NCBI GenBank assembly: GCA_036785375.1
Contig: JAWMAR010000250.1
Coordinates: 2,232,001-2,296,000, forward strand
Origin: Leucoraja ocellata
Lineage: Eukaryota
Reading direction: 5' to 3'
DNA: 64,000 nt
Shown: positions 14,416 through 24,779 of the stretch, piece by piece
Numbering within the stretch: the stretch's first letter is position 1
Layout: the number at the start of each line of letters is the position of its first letter
Notes under the pieces: generated by a model
The model's input: the letters and a program-made list of their open reading frames with translations, nothing else
Told to the model about the DNA's origin: nothing
Database searches by the model: none
Position numbers and translations under genes: made by a program

Positions 14416-14804
14416 TCTTAACTCTGCATATCTCTACCTCTGTAGTATTCCAACCAATTTAACAACCATTAATTTTCTTCCATAACAGCCCAACATTAAA
14501 CTAAAAGCTTAATTAGATCTAAGAGCTATTTACTTGTATGTGCTGGGCTGTTTTTTGTTGAGGCTTTCGCTGAGATGGGACAGTTGATTTTTGTCTCATT
14601 CCCTCAGGCTGTCCTTTTTGATGTATTGTTATTCCTCAAATTGTAAATTGTACACACTGACATAAATTGAGTACAGAATTTGTTTTCTTGTGATATGTGT
14701 TCCAGTAACCTTTGGCCACTTCAGGTCGAGGTATTCATGAAGCATGGCCATTTGGGTAATTATGATCAGAGGCACTCGTGAAACATAACCAAATTGACAG
14801 ATAG

Positions 14805-14902
14805 GAAGGTGGACACAAAATGCTGGAGTAACTCAGCGGGCCAGGCAGCATCTCTGGAGAAAAGGAGTAGGTGACGTTTCGGGTAGAGACCCTTCTTCAG
14901 AT
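14805..14902 (-). mobile_element. Short PLE-derived repeat with intact hammerhead core (14873-14900)
   Basis: Minus strand reads CTGAAGA-AGGGTCTCTACCC-GAAA-CGTC-acc, followed by the family terminal segment. Confidence 0.8.
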
Positions 14903-16199
14903 GGGAACTTGGGCAAGGGGAGAATTGGAGTGGTTTTATCTCAGAGGCGGATTTTAGTGATGATACACCAAGCACTTGTAGGAGTCAAGGATTACATAAT
15001 TCTGAGGTAAGAACTTTGCCTGTAGGTGCACAAAATGGCTTCTGATTAATAAAGTGGAATATGAAGTACATTGGTTTGATCAATGAAGATGGGGCATATA
15101 CATTAAGTTGCTGTAAAATAATTTTGTTGGAGACGTACTATGGGCATTGAAATATTCCGCCCAGAGTACATCTAGGCCTTTGTTAGTTTCAATACCATTT
15201 CCAAATATTGAGAAACATGTTGGAGTATTCATCAGTTGAAGGATATAATGAACATAATTCATCAGCTGAGAGCCATCAAAGATTGTAATCAACAACATGT
15301 TTCCTTGTCTGTGTTTAATGTGCGCAATGAGACTCCATGGAATCTAGAGCGAATCCTAAGGGCTACTCCTTCCAGCATCATATCAGTTAAACAAGGAATA
15401 CTATGGGATTTTAATGGAGGAGTCTGGTACATTGTTTACAAGCTGTGGCATTGCCATGTGTTCAATATAATGTTATTTAGTGTTTTGAGTCATAAATATT
15501 GTCTTAATTTTTTTTAAAAATGATAAAGCAATTACTTGACACTTCGAACAATTGCTTTTATTTCACTGAAATTTTAAATCTGGTTTTGTGAAATATTTTT
15601 AGTCTCCTTTCTTAACAATTCAATGCACCACCTTGGAGCCACAAATAAAAATGTATTAATTTATCAGAGGTGTAGAGGATGTTAGTGCCAGTAAAAAAGC
15701 ACCATCACAGAATATGTTATTACTGGGGAGAAGGGGATCATCAGGCAATTGTGTCGTTAAGTGAATCATTTTTGTTTTCGATCCATTGCATTTGCCTTTA
15801 CCACTTTTATAGTTCATAATCTTTTAAAGGGCTTGCAGTGATTTAGAAATAGCTTTGTACGAGGGGAAAACCCAGTCTCTTTGACTTGGCTTAATACTTT
15901 CTCCATCATTTCCTGCCCTTTGCTTAACTAATGACTTGGAAATAGAGCTATAAATATTTGAAAGAACTTATTTCCTTGATTACAGAAAGTTAAATTGAGC
16001 AACCTAATGGTGCTTAGCATGACATTTTTCTATAACGCTGACAGATGATATCAAATAATTTGTAGTAATTACATAATTGAAGCTACCATGCCTCAGAAAA
16101 TATCTCTGTTTTTGGCTTTTGTTTGGAACTGTTTTTAACCCCATAAGAGTCAAATCACAATCTTCTAGTGCACATAATGGTTTCTAGTCCTGTTTTGTA

Positions 16200-16458
16200 C
16201 AGTGCCCTTCATAATGTGTGGGACAAAGACCCATCATTTATTTACTTGCCTCTGTACTCCACAATTTGAGATTTAAAATAGAAAAAATATCACATGGTTA
16301 AAGTGCACATTGTCAGATTTTAATAAAGACAGTTTTTATACATTTTGCTTTCCCATGTAGAAATTTCCAGCAGTGTTTATACACTATTCCCCTCATTTCA
16401 GGGCACCATAATATTTGAGACACAGCAATGTCATGTAAATGAAAGTAGTTATGTTTAA
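16200..16458 (+). mobile_element. Tc1-like transposon terminal fragment
   Basis: TA|CAGTGCCCTTCATAATGTGTGGGACAAAG start, typical of a Tc1 TIR; no partner TIR seen. Confidence 0.65.
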
Positions 16459-16658
16459 TAGCGGCTCGTAATGCCAGCCGTAGGTACTCAGGACATCAGG
16501 TAAGTCAGGACGTTTTTTCAGCATGCAAAAATGTCCACGAGTAAAATAAAATAGCCCCAAGTACTTACGGCTGGCTATTACCGTAATTCTCCGAGTTTGA
16601 ATCAAGGGGAAAACTCAGGAGAATTCATGAGTAACTCAGGGAAAGTGGGACAGGCCCT
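16459..16658. mobile_element. Half of a PIF/Harbinger-type MITE
   Basis: Ends agtgggacaggccct|tta; interior resembles 43050-43200. Confidence 0.75.
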
Positions 16659-17015
16659 TTACCAGCTATGGTTTCCTCCACTACCAACCCATTCCAACCT
16701 TTGTTATGTTAGTAGGACTCGTGGATCATGTGTGGTGAGATTCTGCATGTGGGGATTTTCATATTGAGAGGGGACCAATTTTGTTAGTACGAGTTTTATG
16801 ACCGAGCCAAGCCAGTTTTGTTTTTTGCATTACATCCAGTGTTTTACTTACAATATGATATTCAGATAAGGGCAGTGCTAGAATATCATCCATCTCCCTG
16901 TCAGGGTTGTTATTGTTGTTGCAACTTCAAAAGTCATTAAGAGTGTTCGAATGCTGTTCGAAAACTCTTAATGCCTTTTAAAAGCTAGTCTATTGCAACA
17001 CAATTTATGATGGTA

Positions 17016-18029
17016 CAGGTGCACAACCTTTTATCCGAAAGCCTTGGGACCAGACACTTGTCGGATTTCGGACATTTTCGGATTTCCGAATGGAAGATTT
17101 TTAGCGTAGATTAGGAAGGTAGCGCGGGCGGCTTGAAAAGTCTGGAGCGGCTGCCTCCTCCCCGGAGACCGGGGAATCATTATAAATCATTGCATAAATG
17201 TTAGTCCGTTAGTTTGGAGGGATTTTATGTGGTGGTGGTAAAGGGGGAAACTTTGATTCTTAGTCCCCTACCTGGTCGGCGACTCCCAACATCGCGGAGC
17301 TGGGGGCTCCGTCCGGCCGCGGGCGGTGCCGGTTGGAGCTCCGACCCCGGCAACTCTACCCCTGGCTGCGAGGCGCTCCAAATCCAGCGCCGCCCGCGGC
17401 CGGACGCCCGCAGTCCCAGCTCCGCGAATGTTAGGAGTCGGCGGCCTCAGCGCTCCGGAGCTTACCGCACGGCGACCCGGTAAGGCATTGCCCGCTCCCT
17501 GCTGGTATCCCAGCGCTGCGACGCCGCCGACTCCCAACAGTCGCGGAGCTGGGGCAGCGGGCGTCCGGCCGCGGGCGGCGGTGGATTTGGAGCGCCTCGC
17601 AGCCAGGGGTAGAGTTGCCGGAGTCGGAGCTACAACCGGCGATGCCCGCAGCCCCAGCTGGGAGTTGGCGGCCACAGCGCTGTGGAGCTTACTGCACGGC
17701 GCTCCGGTAAGGCATTGACCGCTCCCCGCCTCTCCAGCCAGGTAGGGGACTAAGAATTAAAGTTTACACCTTCACCCCCCCTTCACATAAAAGCCCTCCA
17801 ACCTAACTGACTAACATTTAAGCAATGATTTACAGATGTTTAAATGTCTCCCCGGTCTCCGGGGAGGAGGCAGCCGCTACAGTAGTACAGACCTGGGTTG
17901 ACCATGGGTCGTTTCGGGTCAAGTTTGGCGCCAAACGCGAGCTTTGGTGTGCAGACGACATCCTGGAAAAATGGCCGGTTTTCGGAGTTTTTTGGTTTCC
18001 GGAACACCGGATAAAAGGTTGTGCACCTG
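17016..18029. mobile_element. Non-autonomous Tc1/mariner-superfamily (pogo/Tigger-like) MITE, 1014 bp, with nested internal inverted repeats
   Basis: Perfect 22-bp TIRs CAGGTGCACAACCTTTTATCCG (17016-17037 / 18008-18029) and TA TSDs (17014-15, 18030-31). Internal inverted arms 17146-17275/17738-17878 and 17328-17445/17523-17640. Confidence 0.9.
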
Positions 18030-18250
18030 TAGCTTGCAAATTGCCATGTTTCGCATTTTATCTTGTGATCTTTGACTCCTCTGGTAGAATCCTTGTGGAA
18101 GTACTTTCCCAAATGATGCAATGTTTTGCATGAAATACCAGGTCTTGCAGAGCGTTCAACCATCCAGAGATGGCAAAACAAGTTGTGGTGACCTGTTGCT
18201 GTTCCAAATTAAATTGCCTGATTTGTTCCAGAGTCACAACAGCTTTACTT

Positions 18251-18478
18251 GTGTTTAAGAAAGAACTGCAGATGCTGGAAAAATCGAAGGTAGCCAAAAA
18301 TGCTGGAGAAACTCAGCGGGTGAGGCAGCGTCTATGATGAGAAGGAATAGGCGACGTTTTGGGTCGAGACCCTTCTTCAGACCCTTCTTCAGAAGAAGGG
18401 TCTTGACCTGAAACGTCGCCTATTCCTTCTCTCCAGAGATACTGCCTCATCCGCTGAGTTTCTCCAGCATTTTTATCC
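18251..18478. mobile_element. Palindromic (head-to-head) PLE-derived element with 12-bp TSD
   Basis: A minus-strand arm with ~38-nt tail is joined at cccttcttcag/aagaaggg to a plus-strand arm. TSD acagctttactt at 18239-18250 and 18479-18490. Confidence 0.85.
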
Positions 18479-19368
18479 ACAGCTTTACTTATTGTCAGTT
18501 TAGCCCACCATTATTTAATCTAAATCTACTCAATACCATATCCAATGAAGTATGGTAAAGATATTTTCTATATATGGTTTGGGATTTTAAATAGAAAATG
18601 AAGAGGACTACCTTTGGACAGGTTAAATGAGGTAAACAAGTTTGAAATGGTGGTTTTCATAGTTTTAAATTTCTAGAATTCTATCTTACGTAGTAATTTG
18701 TGTTTAAGTAGAATTTAGGGTTGTAGCAAACACATAAACAATCATTTATTTGGAGTGGTGTTTGCGTGCGCTCTGTGACCGTGTGGGTTTCCTCGCCAGG
18801 TGCTCCAAGTTCCTCCTATGTACAAGTGGCTACTATCAGTTCCACGTATGCAAGTGAGTGGTGGTATCTGGGGGGATTTATGGAAATCTGTGGAATTAAA
18901 TGGGTTAGAGTATGTTGAGTATAAAAAGTGGTATGTGGTTGATGTGGACCAGTTGGACTGGAAGGCCTGTTTCTCTGCCGTATCTCTCTGATGTAGCAGG
19001 TTGAGTAAAGTAGCTTCAAGCAGCTGCCTTCACCTTTAAACTTCTCCCATCAGCAGTCTCACCATCTGCCTTTTTGTCTCTCTCTGCCTCTCTCCATCAT
19101 CAATTGGCCTCTGTCTCCTAATTCCACCCATTGTGGTCCACCTCTTTCATTGCTGTCACTGCATTATACCAGCTATCTTCCCCCTTCACTATCATTCCAG
19201 ATGCAAGGGTTGACCATTCCTTTACATGTTCACGTTCTGTTACACTCGATTCAGTTCCTCCAGCCGTTTGTTTGTTGCTTTGCTTTAGTTGTGTGGACCA
19301 AGCAGCTTTCCTGCACTCCCAATATTTCCGCTGTTACTCCCAACATTTTGTGTCGATCTCTGAATATT

Positions 19369-19626
19369 ATTTAGTTTAGAGATATAGTGCACAAACGGGA
19401 CCCGAGTCCATGCCGATCAGCGATCCCCGCAAACTAACACTATTCTACACACACCAGGGACAATTTGCAAATTTCACCAAAGCCAATTAACCTACAAACC
19501 TGTGTGTTTTTAGAGTGTGGGAGGAAACCGGAGCACCCGGAGAAATCACACGCAGGTCACGGGGAGAACGTGCAAACTCCATACAGACAGCACCCATTGC
19601 CAGGATAGAACCCGGGTCTCTGGCAC
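19369..19626 (-). mobile_element. HE1-like V-SINE
   Basis: gccaattaacctacaaacc...gaggaaaccggagcacccggagaaa...gaacgtgcaaactcc. Confidence 0.85.
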
Positions 19627-21381
19627 CTATCTAGGTTCGAAACCTAAAAAAACCATTAAATATGAATATAATACTCTTGTCTCATGGTTTTAAATATTTC
19701 AATATTGTGATATTGAAGTTTTAATCTCGGGCTTTTTAATGGTTGTCATAGGAGTTGGGCATAAACTTGGTTCCTAGTTTGAGAAATTAAGAACAAAATG
19801 TACAAATATACATTCAATTCCATTGGTAAAAGGAAAACATGAGTGAACATCTTAGTCGCAGGCTTTTTAAAATAGAAACATGTCTCCCAATCAAGTCAAA
19901 TCAACTAATGAATATGGCTAATATTTTTTCTTTAAATTATTTTCCAGAATTTTTATCAATTTTTATTTTCAATTTCATTAGCAGTTTCATTTTTAGCAGT
20001 ACAGTAGTTGCCACATGTCGTGCGAAAATTTTGAGCTACACAATGTTAGTTACAGCTCTGTCTTTGTTGTTGCGGCAGAAACAATTTGAAGTGATAAATT
20101 AAGAATGTGACACAAGAAGGAAATTGGTTTTAAGTGCAATTTTTCATCCACTAAGTAACCCCAGAGAGAATACTTGACTACACGCAGCCTGCCTCTGAAA
20201 GGCTGCCAATTTTCAATGAATTGTATTTTTTTTCCTCCTTGGTGTGAAGCATGCTCACTTGTAATGTGCTATTTTACACAGCCATGATAGACATCCTCCG
20301 TATAAAGATTTTTTTTTAAAGGGAGGGGGTTTCTCTAGCTTCATAAATGGACATGCAAAGTGTACATGTGTTCACCCATATTACCAAGTTCCATTTACAT
20401 GTATATGTACATGCTCTAAAACCTAAATGTATTTTAACTTAATTCTGGTCTATTCTTCTGTCCTTAACCGAATTAGATGGAATGTGCCTACCATGATTTT
20501 TTTTTCTTGCTTCCTTTTACAAGAAAGAATACTGTACATAATATCTTTACCTCCGAGTTAAGCTGCAGAACAGCAACCTTTGTGGAGAATTTGGATCTAT
20601 TTCTGCCTATCTGTGCCTGTTTTTTGTTGTTGTGGATAGCTTCAGTTGTAATATCAAGTTATTCCATCCATGGAATAAGAGTAAGTGCAAGTCCCCTGTC
20701 ACTGAAGCGACCCTGTAGTTAGGAATAATTTATCATGTATACAGGGAGAAAGCACTTGCATGGCATAATTGAGTTCTTTATATCGATCCATGAAACTATT
20801 AATGCTACTCTGATGTAATTTTTTTCTGCTGTGCAGCAGGGACAATGGCTTTGAAATTAGCTTTTTACAAATAGCCTCCCATTGTCAGCATTGGTGTTTA
20901 GTCTTATGCTAATGAGGCCCACAGGATTAATCTGATCATAATTAGCCTGTCCAACTGAAATGTTTAAATGTTAAATGAACTCTAATTCTACTTGATTGCT
21001 GCTATGTGGAATTAATTTCTCTGGAAAGTTTAATTTTGACATCTCATTGTCCCTAGATTGACTGGTAATTAAAACTGTTACTATTATAAGACATTTATGC
21101 AAAGATATTTTGGGTTTGTTTCCAAATTGTGCTGAGTAAGTTATCTCTCCTATGCAGCTTAAACACTTAACATTAGCTCCATGTTATTTACATATATCTT
21201 TTAACAACAACTTAGTCTGGTCTGGCCTGTTCTGTAATACTATAGCAGGGAGGAGAGAATTGATCTTGGTAAAGGGAAGATAAGTTATATATAACAAGGA
21301 TTTGTCATTTGGGGGTTTTTTTTTGTATCGTATCATAAAATAGAAGATTGTCCACTCCAGATCCAACTTGTCTAATGGAGC

Positions 21382-21463
21382 GTAGACACAAAATGCTGGA
21401 GTAACTCAGCGGGTGAGGCAGCATCTCGGGAGAGAAGGAATGGGCGACATTTCAGGACGAGAC
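21382..21463 (-). mobile_element. Short PLE-derived insertion, 11-bp TSD
   Basis: gtagacacaaaatgctggagtaactcagcgggtgaggcagcatc...gacatttcaggacgagac; TSD tctaatggagc at 21371-21381 and 21464-21474. Confidence 0.8.
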
Positions 21464-21986
21464 TCTAATGGAGCCATGGACAGGATATTTTAAGTTATTA
21501 CTGTCTTGACTCGGAGGCCTTGTGTGGTTGCCAAAATTTTAGTTTGCAATGCTTTAGGCTTTTAAGGTAAGATTTCAATGTGAGGGGAAAATATTGAAAC
21601 TGATGGTGTCAATAAATTCCTTGTTCTTAGCTTGTAAAAATACTTTGCCATAACTGCCTTGAACGACCTTGACAGGTGGAAGGATTATTGCTACTCCTAT
21701 TTAATTTCACTCAATGTCACAAAATGTTAGATTGTTATGAATATTTTTAATTGCTGTCATGGCACAACCTCGGGATAGATTAAGGACAGTGATCATAATT
21801 TAATTATTAAAATGTTTTAAGATTTTGTTAAATTCTCCATTAAGACTTCTATTCAGCTATTACAGGGTCAGGGTATTAATGTGAGGCTTGTTGTATCTTT
21901 GCTATGGAAGCCATTACAAGTCTGAGGACATGTATGTGAATGCACAAATCAAAAATAAATTGCTTTGGGTGTCGTCAAACCCATTA

Positions 21987-22695
21987 AGGGCCTGTCCCAC
22001 CTTATTGGTGAGTTCAGGAGACTCTGCGCTCGCAGCATGGTCGACACATGGTCGTAGGTAGTCTCTGGTAAGTCTCCTTCATGGTCGAGAGGAGTTGTGG
22101 TTACCACTCGTGGCCTCAATTTGGTCGGCATAGAGAAAATCGATAGTTTTTAAGTTGTGGTGCAGTGGTAGTGGGGTTGCCATGTCGTTGTAGGTAGATG
22201 AGGTAGCTGTAGTTAATCTCCTTTGCTGACCGGGCATTTTAATTGGCTCATTGGGGGGGGGGGGGGGGGGAGCGTAAGCACGAGTTTTCAGAACCAAGGA
22301 AAACTGACCGATAATTTTAAATGCCCGCTAAACTTGACAGCTGTGTATCTCTGGCTTATTAAAAGTTGTCTGGCTTCTTAAAAGTGTCTCCACTCCTTCT
22401 CTCCCCTTTTCTTCTCCCCCCCCCCCCCCCCCCCCACCCTGCTCTCTTAAAGGACTTGCCGTACACTGTGCTAGCCGTCTTTAACCTTCCTGTTCATCGC
22501 GGATATCACCTTGGCTTTACACCATGTGAATTTCAGACAGCGCTCCCCCGCTTTCCCTGGCCTCCGCCTTTGTGTGTGTGTGTGTGTGTGTTCCGCGCTG
22601 ATGGTCGATCCAGCTCATGGTTTTTCAGGCGAGTGCCCCCGAGCTTGAAGGTCACAGACAGTTTGCTGAAAAGTCGCTTAAGTGGGACAGGTCCT
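21987..22695. mobile_element. PIF/Harbinger-type MITE, 709 bp
   Basis: TIR AGGGCCTGTCCCAC / GTGGGACAGGTCCT, with TTA TSD on both sides (21984-86, 22696-98). Confidence 0.85.
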
Positions 22696-23306
22696 TTAGT
22701 GACAGTGGGATATATTTCAAGAGAACTACAATTCAAAGCCTGAAAACAAAATTGAACTGAAATAAATTCTTGAAATTTGTGCAATATGCTGTATTTTGCC
22801 TTTACAATGTTGCCAGGTTTTTTTTTAAAGGAACTGGAGTAGATAGCCTTCAGGGAAGATGAGCTGTGTCAGAAGAATTGTTTGGTGCTATGTAACTAGG
22901 ATTAATTGCTTTTGGAGTACTTTGGGAGCCTTGCTAGATAATGATGGAGAAATTGGAAGGCTAATTGAGCAGAGAAACAGGACATTCAGCCCATCAAATT
23001 TGCAATAAATCCTTTGTACTCTATTTTGTGGTGTATTCTCCTGTTGTGACCTTGCAGCTGTTCATTCTTGTTGCCACCCTTTTAACTGCCATTAGCATAG
23101 ATAAAATATAGAAGATTTAAACGAGGACGGAAATTGGATACAAATTTAATTAAAAGTTTAGCATTCAGATCATAATCCAGAAACAAATTTACTATGCATT
23201 AATAAAAATATCAATAACATTTCTGTGAATTTACCAAGAAAAACATTTAAAAGTTTAAGTCAAGATATGGACAGTTTCATCTTCAGTTCTGATCTTTTCT
23301 TTTCAG

Positions 23307-23387
23307 CATGAAAGTTAATATTATGGATGGAAGATAATTGACCAGAAGTGATAACGAGCCAACCTTGTCCACAAACTGAGAGTAAAG
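23307..23387 (+). other. Candidate non-coding (5'UTR) cassette exon of ARHGAP35, 81 nt
   Basis: Acceptor ttctgatcttttcttttCAG (23306) and strong donor AAG|GTAAGA (23388), 1.2 kb upstream of the giant exon in unique sequence. No transcript evidence available. Confidence 0.45.
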
Positions 23388-24588
23388 GTAAGAATTTTGT
23401 GCTGTTTTTGGAATTCTATACTGGCAAATGTATGTTATGTTATGCTATTAATGTGCCCAATTGGCTCAGTAAGATTGCATGTGATACTAAAACATTATTA
23501 TTCTGTACCTCAGAAAAATGATGCATATGGTCATCGTTCAAATTTCATATAAACTTGCAACGGTGCTGGTCCCAGAAGTGGATCTGCATTCACTTATTAC
23601 ACTCTCCACACTTTTTAAAATCTCTACTCCAACAGCAGCATTTATTTCTCTATTTCGACACTGTGAACGGCTTAATTATAATCATGCATCATCCTTTCGC
23701 TGATTGGATAACACACAACCAAAAAGCTATTAATTGTACCTTGGTGCACAATAATAATAAATGAAACTAAACTAAAATTAATAGATTAAATTAATGAGGG
23801 CTATTATGCAGAAGACCAAAGGGGCACATGAAAGCAGTGAGATTTGCTGAGACCTGATAAAGGAGAATGCTAGAAATGCCCAGTGGATCTGGCATTGACT
23901 GTGTCCATTTCTGGGAGCAGAAATATTGTCTGAAATTATTGAATTTCCTGAAGTTTGTAATGTGTGAGAATTGGTTGCAAAATTAGTGAACATCTAGTCT
24001 TTCTTGTTGACTAAATGGAGGTATGCTTTAAAACAGCTGCCTAAATCTGCATTTGGTTTCTCCAGCGTGGAGATCACTACATCTCAAGCACCTCATGAAA
24101 TATATGTTGGAAGAAAAATGAATGGATTGCTGCTTCACCTTAAAGGACTGCTTTGGTTATATGCATTGGGAGAAACCAAATGCTATGTCTCGCCATTATC
24201 AAAGATGTTCCCTTTGTCCTATCTGTTGCTTCCCCGACCCTCTACTCTCTCAAACTTAAAACTAATTTGTTTTCTCACTTTCGCCGTTCAGACGAAGCAT
24301 CCTCGACCTGAAGCATTTGCTCTGCTTCGCTATCCTGACCTGTTCGGTGTTGCTGGCCTTTTTTATTTTTGTACTTCATTGGTAAAATTGTGAGCATAAT
24401 AATTGCACTTCAGAATTACCCTTTAATCTTCTGCAATAACTCATCGGCTTTAATTGCCGCCATGAATGCAAATTTGAAAAGACATCACTGTCATGTATCT
24501 TTTTAATAAATTCAGTTTGATGCATTGTACACTTAGTCTCCATTGCAATTCTATTCTAATGTTCCTTTGTCTTATTTTTCTTTTGCAG

Positions 24589-24779
24589 TGTATTATTGGG
24601 ACCATCTATTTTTCACTGTTTGAAAGGATCATAATACTGGGGACCACGGAAATATGGGATCTGAATCTCATGTTGCTAAAGGTGTGTGTCTGTAACTCTG
24701 CGCTCTTCAGATTGCCAGGATATCTACAGTGGTACTGTACGGCGAGTAGGTACAACTACTAACATATCAGGATGATTGG
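24589..24779 (+). other. ARHGAP35: 5'UTR portion of the giant exon (splice acceptor AG at 24587-24588)
   Basis: Long pyrimidine tract gttcctttgtcttatttttcttttgCAG ends at 24588, 191 nt upstream of the ATG, similar to the short UTR segment I recall in mammalian exon 2. Confidence 0.8.

Noticed and set aside
17214-17718. Overlapping Ala/Arg/Pro-rich ORFs and an apparent CpG-island promoter
   Set aside because: They lie inside a TIR/TSD-bounded palindromic MITE; the ORFs are by-products of high GC and mirror each other.
88-24500. Numerous 60-130 aa ORFs on both strands (also throughout 28600-64000)
   Set aside because: No recognisable domains apart from TE fragments; consistent with random ORFs in intronic DNA.
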